Positions 1 to 14,033 of a stretch of 64,000 nucleotides of DNA are shown piece by piece. The position numbers and the translations under genes are program-made. Under the pieces are notes generated by a model, which worked only from the letters and a program-made list of their open reading frames with translations, was not told the origin of the DNA and did no database searches. How positions within the stretch are numbered: position 1 is the stretch's first letter; every line of letters starts with the position of its first letter. Origin of the DNA: Camelus dromedarius (Eukaryota). The DNA is taken from the NCBI RefSeq assembly GCF_036321535.1, contig NC_087437.1:10418001-10482000 (forward strand). Direction: 5' to 3'.

Positions 1-148
1 ATTATAGCCACAATAAAAAATGTTAATAGTGTATTTAATTTAACTCCGTATATCCAACACATTACCATTTAATGTAATAATTTTTTTAAAGTTAATAAGA
101 CATTCTCAATCCTTTTTTCTAACTATGTCTCCAAAATTTGACATGCAT
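1..148. mobile_element. hAT-Charlie DNA transposon fossil (MER33/MER3-like), left part, interrupted by L1
   Basis: 'tatttaatttaactccgtatatccaacacattaccattt...' parallels the uninterrupted copy at 52853-53282; the element resumes at ~6528. Confidence 0.65.
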
Positions 149-149
149 T

Positions 150-3100
150 TTTGTTGAACTATAGCTCACCTACAGTACTATAATAGTTCAGGTGTACTAC
201 ACAATGATTTGATAACAGAAATTATGAACTGATCACCGTGCTAAATCTAGTAACTATCCATTCACATACAAAGTTATTACAATGTTTTCAACCATATTCC
301 TTATGCTGTATGTTATACACTGTAATTTATTTATTTTATAACTGGAGGTTTATGCCTCTTAATCTCCATCACTTATTTCTACCCCCTACCCTTCTGGCAA
401 TAACCTGTTTGTTCTCTGTATCTACGGGTCTGTTTTCATTTTGTTTTGGTTGTTTTGTTTTTTGATTTCACATGTAAGTGAGATCATGCAATATTTGTCT
501 TTCTCTGTCTGACTTATTTCACTTAGCACAAATCCTCTAGACCCATTAACGTTGCCATAAATGGCAAGATATCATTTTTTACAGCCGAGTAATATTCCGC
601 TGTATATACACACCATATCTTCTTTACCCAGTCATCTGTTGATAGACACTTGGGTTGCTTCCACATCTTGGCTATTGTAAATAGAGCTGCAGTGAACATA
701 AGGGGGCATATATCTTTTTAAATTAGTGTTTTTCTTTTCTTTTAATAAATACCCAGAAGTGAAATTGCTGGATCATATGATAGTTCTCTTCTTAACTTTT
801 GGCTGAAACTTTATACTATTTTCCATAGTTGCTGCACCAATTTACACGATCCCATCAGCTGTGCACACAGTTACCCTCTTCTTCACATCCTATCCAACAC
901 TTGTTTGTTGTCTGTTTGATGATGACATTCTGACAGGTGTGAGGTGACATTTCATTGTGGTTTTGATTTGCATGTCTCTGATGACTAGTGACACTGAGCT
1001 TCTTTTTATATATCTGTTGGCCATCTGTATGTCTTTCTTGGAACAAGGTCTATTCAGGTCCTCTGCCCATTATTTAATCTGGTTGATTGTCTTTTTTAAT
1101 GTTCAATTGTATGATTTCTTTATTTTGGATATTAACCCTTTATCAGATATATCATTTCCAAATACCTTCTCCCATTCAGTATGCTGCTTTTTTGGTCTGT
1201 TGTTAGTTTCCTTTGCTGTGCAAAAGCTTTTAGTTTGATATAGTCCCATTTGTTTATTTTTGCTTTTGTTCCCATCGCCTGAGGAGACATGTCCAAGAAA
1301 ATATTGCTAAAACCAATGTCAAAGAGTATATTGCTTATGTTTTCTTCTAGGAATTTTATGATATCAGGTCTTACACTGAAGTCTTTAATCCATTTTGAAT
1401 TTATTTTTGTATATGGTGTGAGGAAGTAGTCCAGTTTGATTCTTTTGCAAGTAGCTGTCCAGCTTTCCCAACACCATTTATTGAAGAAGTTGTCTCTTCC
1501 CCATTGTATATTCTTGCATCTTTGTCATAGATTAACTGACCACATAAGCAGGGGTTTATTTTGACTCTCTATTCTGTTACGTTGATCTATGTGTCTATTT
1601 TTGTCCCTGCACCATACTGTTTTGATGGCTGTAGCTTTACAGTATAGATTGAAATCAAGAAGTGTGATACCTCTAGATTTGTCTTTCTTTCTCAAGATGG
1701 TTTTGGCTATTCTGGGTCTTTTGTATTTCCATAAAAAGTTTAGAATTATGTGTTCCAGTTCTGTGAAAAATGCCTTTGGTCTTTTACTAGGGATTGCACT
1801 GAATCTGTAGATTGCCTTGGGGAGTATGGTCATTTTAAAATTATTAATTCTTCCAATCCATGAGCATTGTATACCTCTGCTTGTGTCATCTTTAATCTTG
1901 TTCCTCAATGTCTCATACTTCTCCAAGCACAAGTATTTTTTTCTCCTTGGTTAGATTTATCCCTAAGTATTTTATTCTGTTTGATGAAATTGTAAATGGG
2001 ATTGTTAATTTCTTTTTCTGATAGTTTGTTGTTATTGAAGGAAATGCAACAAATGTATGTATATTAAATTTAATCCTTCAACTTGGCTGATTTCATTTAT
2101 TAGTTATAAGGGTTTTTTGGTGGCATCTTCAGGATTCTTTATATATGGTATAATGTCATCTGCAAACAGTAATTGTTTTATTTCTCCCTTCCCAACTTGG
2201 ATTCCTTTCATTTCTTCTTCTTGTCTGATTGCTGTGGCTAGGACTTCCAATACTATGTTGAAAAAAAGTGGTGAGCGTAGGCATCCTTGTCTTATTCATG
2301 ATCTTAGAAGAAATGCTTTCTGTTGAATATGATGCTGGCTGTGGGCTTGTCAGATAAGGCCTTCATTACATTGAGCTATGTTCTCTTCTATACCCACTTT
2401 GTGGAGAGTTTTTATTATAAATATATGTTGAATTTTATCAACAGCTTTTTCTGCCTCGAGATGATAATGTGATTTTTATTCTTTAATTTGATAATGTCAT
2501 GTATCACACTGATTGATTTGTGAACATTGAAACATCCTTGCATCTCTGGGATAAAACCTATTTGATGGTGGTGTATGACCCTTTTTATGTATTATTAAGT
2601 TCAGTGTGCTTATATTTTGTTGGGACTGTTTGCATCTATGTATATCAGTAGTATTGGCCTGTAATTTTCTTTTTTCATGGTGTCCTTGTCTGGTTTTGGT
2701 ATCAAAGTAATGCTGACCTTGTAGAATGAGCATTCCTTCCTCTTCAATCTCTTGGAATAGTTTGAGAGGGATAAGTGTTAACTTTTCTTTAGATGTCTGG
2801 TAGAATTTACCTGTGAAGCCATCTGGTCTTGGACTTTTGTTTGTTGGGAGATTTTTTTTATTATTAATTCAATTTCATTAGTGGTAATTAGTCTGCTCAT
2901 ATTTTCTTTCTTCCTGCTTCAGCTCTGAGAGATTGTACATTTATAGTAATTTATCCATTTCTTTTAAGATGTCTGTTTTATTGGTGTATAATTGTTCATA
3001 GAAATTTCTGATGATCCTTTGTATTTCTGTGCTGTTGGTTGTACTTCTTTTTCATTTATGATTTTATTTGGGTCTTCTGTATTTTTTTCTTGATGAATTT

Positions 3101-6100
3101 GGCCAAATATTTATCAGTTTTGTTTATTGTTTCAAAGAACAAGCTCGTAGTTTCACTGATATTTTCTATTGCTTTTGTAGTCTCTATTTCATTTATTTCT
3201 GCTCTGTTCTTTATTTCTTTTTTTAAATAACTTTGGGTTTCTTTGTTCTTTTTCATATTTCCCTATTTTTTTCTTTTTTTAATTGAAGTATAATCAGTTT
3301 ACCACATTGTGTCAATTCCTGGTGTACAGCATGATGTTTTAGTCATACATACATATATTCCTTTTACTATTCTTTTTCATTATAGGTTACTACAAGATAT
3401 TGAATATAGTTCCCTGTGCTATTCAGCAGAAACTTGTTATGTATCTATTTCATATGTAATAGTCAGTATCTGTAAATCTTGAATTCCCAATTTATCCCTT
3501 CCTACTCCCTTTCCCCACTGGTAACCATAAGTTTGTTTTCTATGCCTGTGAGACTGTTTCTGGTTTGTAAACAAGTCTATTTGTGTCATTTTTTAGATTT
3601 CACTTATGAGTGATATTATATGGTATGTTTTTTACAGTTTTTTTTTCCTATAGTTGATTTTTAGTCAAATGATTGTGGTCAGAAAAAAATACTTTGTGTG
3701 ATTTCAGTCTTCTTAAATTTACTGAGACTTATTTTGTGACTTAGTATGTGATCTCTCCTGGAGAAAGTTCCATGTACATTTGAAAATAATGGGTGGGTAT
3801 TCTACTACTTGGGGTTGAGATCTCCTATATATTAAGTCTACTTGGTCTAAAGTGGCATGTAAGGCCCAGTTTTCACTACTGACTTTCTGTCTGGATCATC
3901 TGCCCATTGATGTAAGAGGGGGGTTAATGTTCCTTACTATTATTGTGTTACTGTCAGTTTCTTCCTTTTTATTTGTTAATGCTTGCTCTATTTATTTAGG
4001 TGCTTCTGTGTTGGATGTGTATATTTACAACTGTTTTATCTTCTTGATGGTTTGTTCTCTTTATCCTTATTTAGTGTCCTATGTCTCTTGTCACAGTTTT
4101 GTTTTAAAGTCTACTTTGTCTGATATAAGTATTGCTACCCCAGCTTTCTTTTCATTTTCAGTTGCATAGAATACATTTTTTCCATCCTTTCATTTTCAGT
4201 CTGTGTTTCTTTAGATCTGAAGTGTGTCTTGCAAACAACATATAAATGGGTCTTTTTTTATTCATTCAGCCACTCAATGTCTTTTGATTTGAGCATTTAG
4301 CCCATTTGGATTCAAAGCAAGTATTGATGTTTATGTTCTTACTGCCATTTTATTAAATGTTTTGGGGTGGTTTCTGTAGTTCTTTTTTAGTCCTGTCTTC
4401 TTCTTTTGCTCTCTTCCCTTGTGGTTTGATGACTATCTTTAGTATTATTTTAGGATTCCTTTCTCTTTTGTGTGTTTGCATGTATTATGGGCTTCTGGTT
4501 TGTGCTTACCATAAAGTTCATTTATTACAATTTATATATACATGATTATTTTAAGTTCATGATCTCTTAAGTTCAATTAGTCCTAAAAACCTCACATTTT
4601 TACTCCCCACACCATGTTTAATGTCTTTGCCATCAAATTTTACATGTTTTTGTTTACTGTATCCTTTACTTACTGTGGATATAAATTATTTTATTGCTTG
4701 TGTCTTTTAACCTTCATACTAGCTTTATAAGTAATTGTTCTATTCTCTTTACTGTATGTTTGCTTTCTCATAAAAATGTTTCCTTTTGTAATTTTCGTAT
4801 TTATAGTTGTGGTTTTTCTTTTCTACCTAGATAAGTCTCTTTAATAATTATTCCTAAACCATTTTAAGGGTACTGAACTCTTTTACCTTTTGCTTGTCTG
4901 GGAAACTCTTTATGTCTCCTTCATTTCTGACTGATAACCTTGCTGGGTAAAGCATTCTTGACTATATGTTTTTTCTTTCAACATTTTGAATATAAAATGC
5001 CACTCCTTTCTTGCCTGCAAAGGTTCTGCTAAAAAGTAAGCTGATTGCATGGGAGTTTCCTTGTACATAACTAATCACTTTTCTCTGCTGCTTTTAAGAT
5101 TCTCTGTTTATCTTTAATTTTTGCCACTTTAATTATAATGTATCTTTGTATAGACTTCATTGCATTCATCTTTTTGGGGACTGTCTGTGCTTTCTGGACC
5201 TGGATATCTGTTTCCTTTTCAAGTTAAGGTAGTTTTCAGCTATTATGTCTTCAAATAAGTCCTCTGCCCCAGTCTCTATTTTCTCCTACTGCGACCTCTA
5301 TATAATGAATGTTAGTATGCTTGACATTGTCCCAAAGATCTCTTAAACTATCCTCATTTATTTTCTTTTCCTTTTTTCTGTTCTGCTTGCATGATTTCCA
5401 CTATTCAGTCTTCCAATTCACTGATCCATTCTTCTGTATCATCTAATCTACTATTGATTCCTTCTAGTGCATTTTTCATTTTGTATTAAATTCTTCAGCT
5501 CTGTTTGGTTTTTCTTTATATTTTCTACCTCTATGTTAAAATTCTCACTGTCTTCATGATTCTTCTCCCAAGTTCATTGAGTATCTTTATAATCATTACC
5601 TTGTACTCTTTATCAAGTAAGTACATGGCTTATCTTCACTTTGTTTAGGTCTTTTTCTGAGATTTTTGTTTTGTTCCTTAATTTGAAACATATTACTCCA
5701 TATGCTCTAGGGGTGCCCCCCTATGTGGGCTGTGTGGGCTCTTTCATTGTGGTGGGCCAACTACTGTTGGCATCAGTAGGCAGATCTACTCCGCACCCCA
5801 TCAGCTGCCAGGTTCTGCTTCATGCCATAGCTGCCAGCTTGGTGTTGGATGGGTCCAGATCCCCACACAGCTGGCTGTGTGGCTCTGGGGGGTCCCAGAC
5901 TGGTGCTGCTCTCCTGGTAGACAGGTAAACCCGTGCACTAATAGGCTAGAGGAAGGACTCCAAAATGGCACTTGCCAACACCAGTGTCCTCTTTACAGAA
6001 TGAACTCCCCAAAATGGCTGCCACCAACATTATGTCCCGAGAGGGAGTCCCATCAAGCAAGTCTGACCCAGATACCTTCCAAATTGCTGCCTCTGAGCTA

Positions 6101-6525
6101 GGACTCAGAGCATGTGAGATTTTGCATGAGCCTTTTAAGAGTGGAGTCTCTATTTTCAATAGTTTGCCTGTACACAAGCTCTGCTGGCCTTCAAAGGCAG
6201 CTGTTCTGGGGCTGGACCCCAAGGCTAGGGAGCCTGATATGAGGCTTGGACCCCTTACTCCTTGAGTAGAAGCTCTGCAATTGTGAATATCCTCCCATGT
6301 GCGGATCTCCTACCAGGGTTGTGGATCTTGACTATAGCACACCTCCACCCCCTCCTACCTGTCACTTTATGTTTCCTTCTTTATATCTTTAGCTGTAGAA
6401 AATATTTTCTCCTATTCCTTGAGTCATTCTCATCAATAGCTGCTCTTTAAATAGTTTTAATTTTGGTTTGCCCATAGGAGGAGATGAGCTCAGGGTCTTC
6501 CTACTCTGCCACCTTGACTACACCC
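150..6525 (-). mobile_element. Near full-length decayed LINE-1 (3' UTR ~150-470, ORF2 remnant ~470-4340, ORF1 remnant ~4830-5690, 5' UTR ~5700-6525)
   Basis: Minus-strand ORF fragments carry L1 ORF2 motifs ([35 protein letters not shown]...FFETINKTDKYLAK). ORF1-like coiled-coil remnant (NSRLDDTEEWISELED) near 5400-5460. Many stops and frameshifts. Confidence 0.95.
3265..3630 (-). mobile_element. Younger 5'-truncated L1 3' end nested in the older L1 ORF2
   Basis: Poly-T followed by 'aattgaagtataatcagttt...tatagttccctgtgctat'; same 3' UTR type as the copies at 13.5, 43.2 and 55.8 kb. Confidence 0.9.
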
Positions 6526-6527
6526 CT

Positions 6528-6630
6528 GATGTATATCTTATACATACACAATATCATAATTAGGACCAGCCATGTTTCAAGTGGTCTATTGCCACATGTA
6601 GCTCTTGGCTAGTATTGGGTTGTGCAGCTA
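6528..6630. mobile_element. MER33/MER3-like element, right part
   Basis: 'cagccatgtttcaagtggtctattgccacatgtagctcttggcta' matches the terminal part of the copy at 53219-53282. Confidence 0.65.
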
Positions 6631-6659
6631 CTGGTCTATAAGCTACCAACACTGACACA

Positions 6660-7250
6660 ATTCTATAACTATTATATCTTGGCAAAGCCTGAAATAAAAG
6701 CTTATGCACTGACCACTTCACTAAAGGTGCAATAGCAGGAAGCAGAAACGAGGCAAAGGGGGAGTGTAGTAGGGAGGGAAGGTCACTGAGTCAGCCATGG
6801 CTTAAAAACAAGGACAGTTGTTTGTTTCATCTCATACACTCCTCTTCTGAAAGAGATGGACTACCAGGTTTCAGCAGCAGGAAGGAAGAATTTATCAGCT
6901 AGCTTCCATCTCACCTTGACCCAAGTTTACTTCACAGACCATTAACTCCCCCACACTTTCAGGTTCAATAGAACATGATACCAGTTTAGATTCCATAGCA
7001 TCTCACACCTTAGAGATTAGAACAGCAAGCAAGTAATGTACAGTAGGAGCAGGAAGCAGGGGACTGTTGGGTTGTGCCCATGTGAAGCTGGTTGCCATAG
7101 CAGCTGGGAAAACAAATGGCCAAGGGCCCCAGAGAAAGGAGTGACAGAGAGGATGTGAGGTAGTGGATAAAAAATGTCTGAGGCAGTAAGAGAAGAATGT
7201 ACAAATGACTAAGATTTGCCACTGATATATCCAGACTGAATCACGTCAAA
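6660..7250. mobile_element. Possible ancient ERVL-type solo LTR (LTR33/LTR41-like)
   Basis: Only loose resemblance to recalled consensus motifs. Confidence 0.3.
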
Positions 7251-8079
7251 CTAAATTCATACGATGCTTTATTTAAAGCATCAGTTGGGTAGATCATGTT
7301 ATGACTTGCCTGGATCTCTACCTATCCATTGTCCACGTAATCTTCAAAACTGATGCAGCTTATTCTTTTGTACAAACTGAGCTTTGCCCTCCTCAGATTT
7401 CTATATGGAAGGCATTTAAAGGCCACCAAACCAATAGCACCATGTCCAGAGAACTTTGCCCTGATTCTCTTCTGATGCTGGGGCCCAGTTCTGGTGACCA
7501 GGTTTCTGCACTGTTACTTTGTTTTTACCATTTTCCCCTCTATCTCTTTCCACTTTTCTCAGAGCTGGAGACCAGGGTCTGCCAAGGTCCATCAGCCCGA
7601 GGCTGGGGTTGTTCTACCTGCCTCCTTTCCTTCATTTCTTTGTATTACTAAGTGCTTGCTTCTCAAGGCATTGATCCACCTGAAAGCCGGATGGCTTGTC
7701 TCATTGGGTCTTCCAAGTGGAGATGCTTCCTTGGTGTCTCCCTGTCACCTTGCTCTCCTCAAATTGCCTTTCTCAGCTTTATTGGACTTCCCACAACACC
7801 TGCAGTAGAGTCTATCCCCCAACTCCACCTTCCCCATGCCCACCCCCTATGTGTTCATTCTACTTTAAAATGACGTCTGTTCTCCCAAGTGCAGAGATCT
7901 GCTGTCTTTGGTTTTTCCTAGCTAGGATCTTCTCTGAGGGCTTCTGCTCTCCATTCTGTAATTTGCACACCCCTTCCTCTGGACAGACACAACCCCATAC
8001 CAAGGTTCACAGCTTGGTGAGCAGAAGCATCTTTGTGCAAGTCACAATCTGCCCAACTGCACCTTGGCCTTCACTTTTG

Positions 8080-8370
8080 CTGCCTGGATAACATTTCCTC
8101 TATACTCTTCCAAAGACTTTCACCTCATCTTTCCAGTTTCTGCTTAAATGTCCTCCCTCAGAGAGGCCCTCTGTGGCCACCCATTCTAATGCAGACCCTT
8201 ATTACTATCTGGCATTAAGCACTTGTTATAATTTATATATTATACACCCATTTGCTTATTTACTTATCTGTCTTGTATTTCAGACTGTAAGCCAAAATTA
8301 CCAATGTACATCCAGCCCTACTCATAGTTCCAAAATAAATATTTGTTGAATGAAAGAATGAATGAATGAT
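8080..8370 (+). mobile_element. LINE-2 3' end
   Basis: 'cttaaatgtcctccctcagagaggccct' and terminal 'aatatttgttgaatgaaagaatgaatgaatga'. Confidence 0.8.
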
Positions 8371-9594
8371 CTATTTATCTAGCAATCAAACTTCTTATAT
8401 GAAAAATCAAGTGAATGACAGAGACTAGAGATTAGAGCCTCAAAGGAGTCAGGCAGGTAATATAATATGAAAACCACTGATTTCCAAAACCAGAAAGTAG
8501 CAGGTTTGTAGCAAATGGCACAAAAATCTATACTTCCTAAAGACATTCAAATTCACTTTACTCTTCCTCAAGGAGCCTTTGATGACCATGCCCCACCTTC
8601 TCCCTCTCCTGTGTGTTCCCACAATGCCCGCCCAGCATTCCTTTTACCTGTCAGTCTCCCTGCCAGACTCCCCTTAAGGGAAAGGTCTGGGACTCATGCC
8701 TGGCTTTCTCCTTGGTGCCCAGCACAGTGTTTGACATAAACTAGAATTCCAACTATTGACCTGATAAACAAATGACTCCACCATAGGGATTCCTAGCTCA
8801 TTGAAACACACTCCTTTGGAAGCTAAAGCATGGATCCAGGAGATACTGATGAAGGTGGCTAACGCGGCAACACAGACTCCATCCTATAGTATCCTTTGTG
8901 AACAGCTCTGCAGCAGGCAAGCTTCGCTCTGGTGTGTGAGGCAGGCAGAGCCGGGTAGAAGAGTCGGTGTAGAAGAGCCAAAGGAGGGGAGATCAGAGAT
9001 CGTGTCTGTGGTGAGTGTGGGTGGCGGCCGTGGTTTTGTAAACCACGTTGGAATGTTTTTGTGAGTGCTGGGGAGGAGTGAGGGGGAGGAGGCGTGGTCT
9101 CAGGCAGGAATGTGCATCTCTTTATTGGATTCTCTTACTGGTGGTTTTACAAGCCAAAGCCTGGAGCAGTTCCAGGTGTTTCACTTTTGTTTTGCCACAG
9201 AGCCAATAAGGGCTATTTTTAAAGTAGCATTGCTGACAGGATCCTACAAATGTATCTGTGTGCACCTTTCTCACCCAAGTGCTCGATTTATAACAGCTTA
9301 GAGTTCGAACACAGCTTCCTCTCTTCCCATCGTATATGCCTAAATACAACTGGTTCGTTCTCCCTTTTAAATAAATGTACTGATTTCTGCTTTATTCTGC
9401 AATTTGATATCAGGATTGCTAGATGTCTATTAAGGTTTAGGGGAATAGAGTTGATATAAATGGGGCCAAGAAACCCATATATTTTAGATGATGGCAAAAA
9501 CTTCTAATGCAGCCTCTAAAATCTACTCAGTGGAACCCTTCAGGGTACTAGCCTTCTGTAACTTACTGTCTCATGAATGCCTCCCTCCAGGAAT

Positions 9595-9880
9595 CATAAC
9601 CCTTAATGTGATTGTGTTTGGAGGTGAGGACTGTGGGAAGTGATTAGGTCATGAGGGTAGGACCCTTATCAGAGAGAGCCCAGGGAGCTGTCTTCTTCCT
9701 TTGGTCATGTGAGGACACAGCGAAAAGACGGCTGTCTATGAACTAGGAAGAGGGTTCTCACCAGACACCGAAACTACAGGCACCTTGATCTTGGACTTCC
9801 CAGCACCCAGCACTGTGAGAAATAAATGTTTATTAGCCAGTCGGCCTGTAGCATCATTATAACAGCCTGATGGACCAACA
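9595..9880 (+). mobile_element. MaLR solo LTR (MLT1A/MST-like)
   Basis: 'catgtgaggacacagcgaaaagacggctgtctatgaac...caccttgatcttggacttcccagc...actgtgagaaataaat'. Confidence 0.9.
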
Positions 9881-12675
9881 TAGTGTCCCTAGGATTAAAA
9901 ACTCAACCATGCCTATCAGTATTGAAATGTTGAATCTATGAATGTTAAAATGACACTAAAAGCCTAATGCTGTTTTCAGAATGTGCATCCAATTTTTTTT
10001 ATTCCTGCAAACCTGCTTTTTCTGTAAAGGTTTCTTTATTAGAGCTGTTATATATAAAAGAAATATGCAATCAAAATGGTGAAAATATACCTAAATAAAT
10101 TGCCATCATTAGGTAAAAACAAACTTTGGATCTTGAAAAGCAAAATGATGGAGAAAATGAAGGAATAGCTCTCCAAAACTGGGATTTTCAATTGTACTGT
10201 CTCATTAGCTGACCCCAAATTTATCCTTATATGAACCAGTGGTTGAAAGCACCGTTTTTAGGACTTTGCTTCTGGAAAAGTAAGCTGGACACAAAACTTA
10301 AATTCATGAAAGATGGCCAAACAAGCTAAGCAGTCCTAATTGGCCAAAAATAAATAAACTCTAAATACATGAGAAATGAACAGAAACACTATGTAGTCTT
10401 CTAAATATCCCGGGTTTTATAAATAGTTCCAAAACCCTGATAATTTCTGATAAATAGACAAATATTTAAGGTTGCATTAAAACTGGCAACATTTATCAAG
10501 ATGCACAAAATTACCAAAATATGACAAACTTCTATGATTGAAAAGATTTATTTTTGACCAATTTTTTGTTTCAGTCAATTCCCCTGGAGCCTCCAGTACA
10601 GTCTGACACATGGTAAATATTTGAGAAACATTTCCTTCTATTTATCAGTATGCCCGCAGTATTGTTAAAGGAAGAAAATTCTAACAGTTTTCTGAGGCCC
10701 AACTCCAAGCCCAAACCATCGCCAAACAGACACTATTGGCAAAAAGCCCAGTTATGGGAAATCAAATGGGAGGGTTGCTCTAAAGTGCTTTGGGATTGTT
10801 AATGCAAGAACAGAACCCCAGACAGACAGGGGCAGAGTTTGGACACTGAGAGAGCCAATCAGTGCATCAAATTGGATCATGGTCCAAAAGTCTAGGTCGT
10901 ATCCCCAAAATGGTAAGGTCTATGAGGTCTGGAAACAGTGCTTGGAACGAACAGACAAAATGGAACAGCTCAGAAGCTGAATCTGTGACTGCAAATCTCT
11001 CTTGAGGCACTCTTTTTACTAAACCAGACATAGAATCAGAGCTGAAACCTTATGTAGTCAGAAAAGAATGGACAAAGTCCACCTGAAGCCTCTGATCTCT
11101 AGCATAGTTATAACCCTGCAATGGAAAAAAAGGATGACTCAGTAACAGCACATCGCAATGAAAATATGTCCTTAGGAAGAAGACTCAATTCCTTTCACAT
11201 GGAGTTTGTGTTCACAGATTTTGATGATTAATTTTTCCCAAAGATCTTACTAAACATGAGATGCACTGACCAGTGAACATAAACATTCTGGTTTTGACAG
11301 CCTCGATATCCAAAACGCTGCACTGCCCAGTGCATTCCAGTTTACTGATCACGAGGGAATTAAGTCAATGGGAACCCATATTTAAAGGCGTAAGACACCA
11401 GTCACTATGCTTTGCGCATCCTCTCTGGAGACTCAACCCCAGGCTCAGCCTGAGACAACTTGCCAGCTTCACATTCCTATAAATGTATTCTGTGCTTGGA
11501 TGTCAGTGGTTACCACTGAACTCTGAATCCATTAAACAAATTCTTTTCACATGGCTAGAGGCAGTTCTGTTTGGGGAGTTGCTAAGCTGCTTTGTCTCCT
11601 TCCTGGAGACCCGTGATTAGCTGTTAAATGTCTTGGCCTTGCTGGTCCCCCCATTGCTGGGGTGGGGAGTCTCCTATTGTTAGGCAGTGGGGTGGTAGCT
11701 CTGCCCTAGACAGCAGCTGTGCCACCTTTATTTGAGAAAGCCCATTTGCCAAAGTTTTTTGAGACATGGCAGAAAGAAGATGCTGTGAATTTGGCCCAGT
11801 GTTCCTCTTGGCCAGAATGATTTTATTTGGAAAGCTTTGGTCTAGATTTAGAGGTCTCTGCCTTCTTAAAGCATAAACAATGACCTTTTCCCAGGAGCTT
11901 CATGCCTTCAGGTTAGAACTTGTCAGAGAGCCACAAGGGTGTGCCCCATCTCCAGAATTCCCTCTTGGATGACTCAGGTTGTGTTTACCCAATGGCATGC
12001 ACAGTTCCAGCAAAGTCAGCAGTGCGATAACAGCAGAACCCAGTCTGCGGAGCGGCTAGTTACATTTGTTTTGGATGGCGAGGAGGAAACGTTTTCAGTC
12101 GTAATGTATGCTCTGCGACCAAAATATTCACGTGATCTTGGTCTTGATTTCCTTGGCATGAATGAATAATTAAGCATATAAAAACATAGCCCAAAACTTC
12201 AGGACCAGATCTTATGTTAAAACACAGTGTTAAATCATCACACCAAACTGCCCAGCACACAAAACCATCCCATAAGCATAAGGCACCTCTTCTCACTACA
12301 TACCCCATGACTGGGGAATGGGACAGATACTTCTAAGCCCAGATGCACCTCTTTCAATCCCTGGGATACTGAGCAAGTCACAGATCCTTCTGCACTTCAG
12401 AATTTCTTGAGATAATAAGCTCAATTTAACAAGTAGTTGCTGAGTGCCTGATATATACCATCCATTCTCTTAGGCACTGGCGATACAGAAACAAACAAAA
12501 AAAAGAGACAAAAATTTCAGCTTTTTAAAGACTAGATTTTTTATTTCTCAAGATTGTTTAGAAGAGCAGAAGAGATAAGAAAACAAACAGAATGTTATTA
12601 GCACTCAGTAAGTACTTAATGTTGAGTCCTCCAGCTAACTCCCTCATTCAGTTTGTTTCACAAATATGTTGCTAC

Positions 12676-12860
12676 AAACAACAAATTACTACTGTACAGC
12701 ACAGGGAACTACATTCAATATCTTGTAGTAACATATGGTGAAAAAGAATATGAAAACAAATATATATATGTTCTTATATGACTTAAGTATTGTGCTGTAC
12801 ATCAGAAATTGACGCAACATTGTAAACCAACTATATTTCACTAAAAACATATTAAAAAAA
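12676..12860 (+). mobile_element. Short L1 3' tip with A-tail
   Basis: 'ctgtacagcacagggaactacattcaatatcttg'; flanking direct repeat acaaata(t)gttgcta (~12660-12674 / 12860-12873). Confidence 0.9.
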
Positions 12861-12957
12861 CAAATAGTTGCTATGGAGAAAGTAACAGAAAATGTAGTGT
12901 GTTATTTCTGAACTGCATTTAGAAATTTAAAAAAAAAAACCTGACCTAGACAAGTAT

Positions 12958-13114
12958 ATCTTTCAAAATTCAAATTCTGACATATTAGTGAGTTGTAAAA
13001 TCAGTTTAGTCTATTAAGACCAGTATTTTCTTAAATTAAAAAAAAATGGAATGATGACACGGAATAGTATGGAAATGTAGTAAGGTTAAGTATCGATTCC
13101 TGAAGGTTTTGTTT

Positions 13115-13153
<39 letters not shown>

Positions 13154-13216
13154 ATTGGGTCAGGATGTAAAATGCATCTCTGATTGTAGGTCCCAACAAA
13201 TTTTGAAAGCCATTGA
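12958..13216. mobile_element. hAT-Charlie MITE (Charlie4-like) containing a (TG)n tract
   Basis: Terminal 'tttcaaaatt' / 'aattttgaaagccattg'; internal 'gtaaggttaagtatc...ttttgtttca'. Confidence 0.6.
13118..13151. repeat. (TG)n microsatellite
   Basis: Directly visible. Confidence 0.98.
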
Positions 13217-13511
13217 TCCATATATAGCTGTAAAATAAAGGAAAGAAACTTTCTTTCCACTTTTGTTATCCCTAATTAATACCTCACTAACTTCTTAGTG
13301 TTTACAAAGATAACTACCGTAAAAATGAACATCAAGATAAATAGTCTTTTTAAAACATGAAAAACTAGTCTGTAAAATGGAAAACTGTTTTGTACAACAT
13401 TTTGAAAGTCATGTCCTATAGTCCCATAGACTTTGTTTTCCAGAATACCCAGCCCAGAAGTGGAATAGGCAGAGAAGGGACAGTCAAGAGGTGTACTTGC
13501 CCTTTCTTGCT

Positions 13512-14033
13512 TTCTTTTTTTTTATTAAAGTAGAGTTGATTTACAATGCTGTGTTGATTCCTGGTGTACAGCATAGTGATTCAGCTATATATATATATTC
13601 TTTTTCGTATTCTTTTACATTATAGGTTGTTACAAGATATTGAATATAGTTCCCTGTGCTAGACAGTAGGTCCTTGTTGTTTATCTATTTTATATACAGT
13701 AGTGTGTATCTAATAATCCCAAACTCCCAATTTATCCCTCTCCCACTTTCCCCTTTGGTAACCGTAAGTTTGTTTTCTATGTCTATGAGTCTTTTTCTAT
13801 TTTGTAAATAAGTTCATTTGTGTCATTTTTTTAGATCCCACATATAAGTGATATCCTATGATACTTGTCTTTCTCTGTCTGACTTACTTCACTTAGTATG
13901 ATCATGTCTAGGTCCATCCATGTTGCTGAAAATGGCATTATTTCATTCTTTTTTATGGCTGAGTAGTACTCCATTATATAAATATACCACAACTTCTTTA
14001 TCCAATCATCTGTCCATGGATATTTAGGTTGCA
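13512..14033 (-). mobile_element. 5'-truncated L1 (ORF2 C-terminus + 3' UTR)
   Basis: ORF 13831-14034 WIKKLWYIYIMEYYSAIKKNEIMPFSATWMDL is the L1 ORF2 tail; poly-T at the left end; degraded TSD tgta(c/t)ttg..ctttct. Confidence 0.95.
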
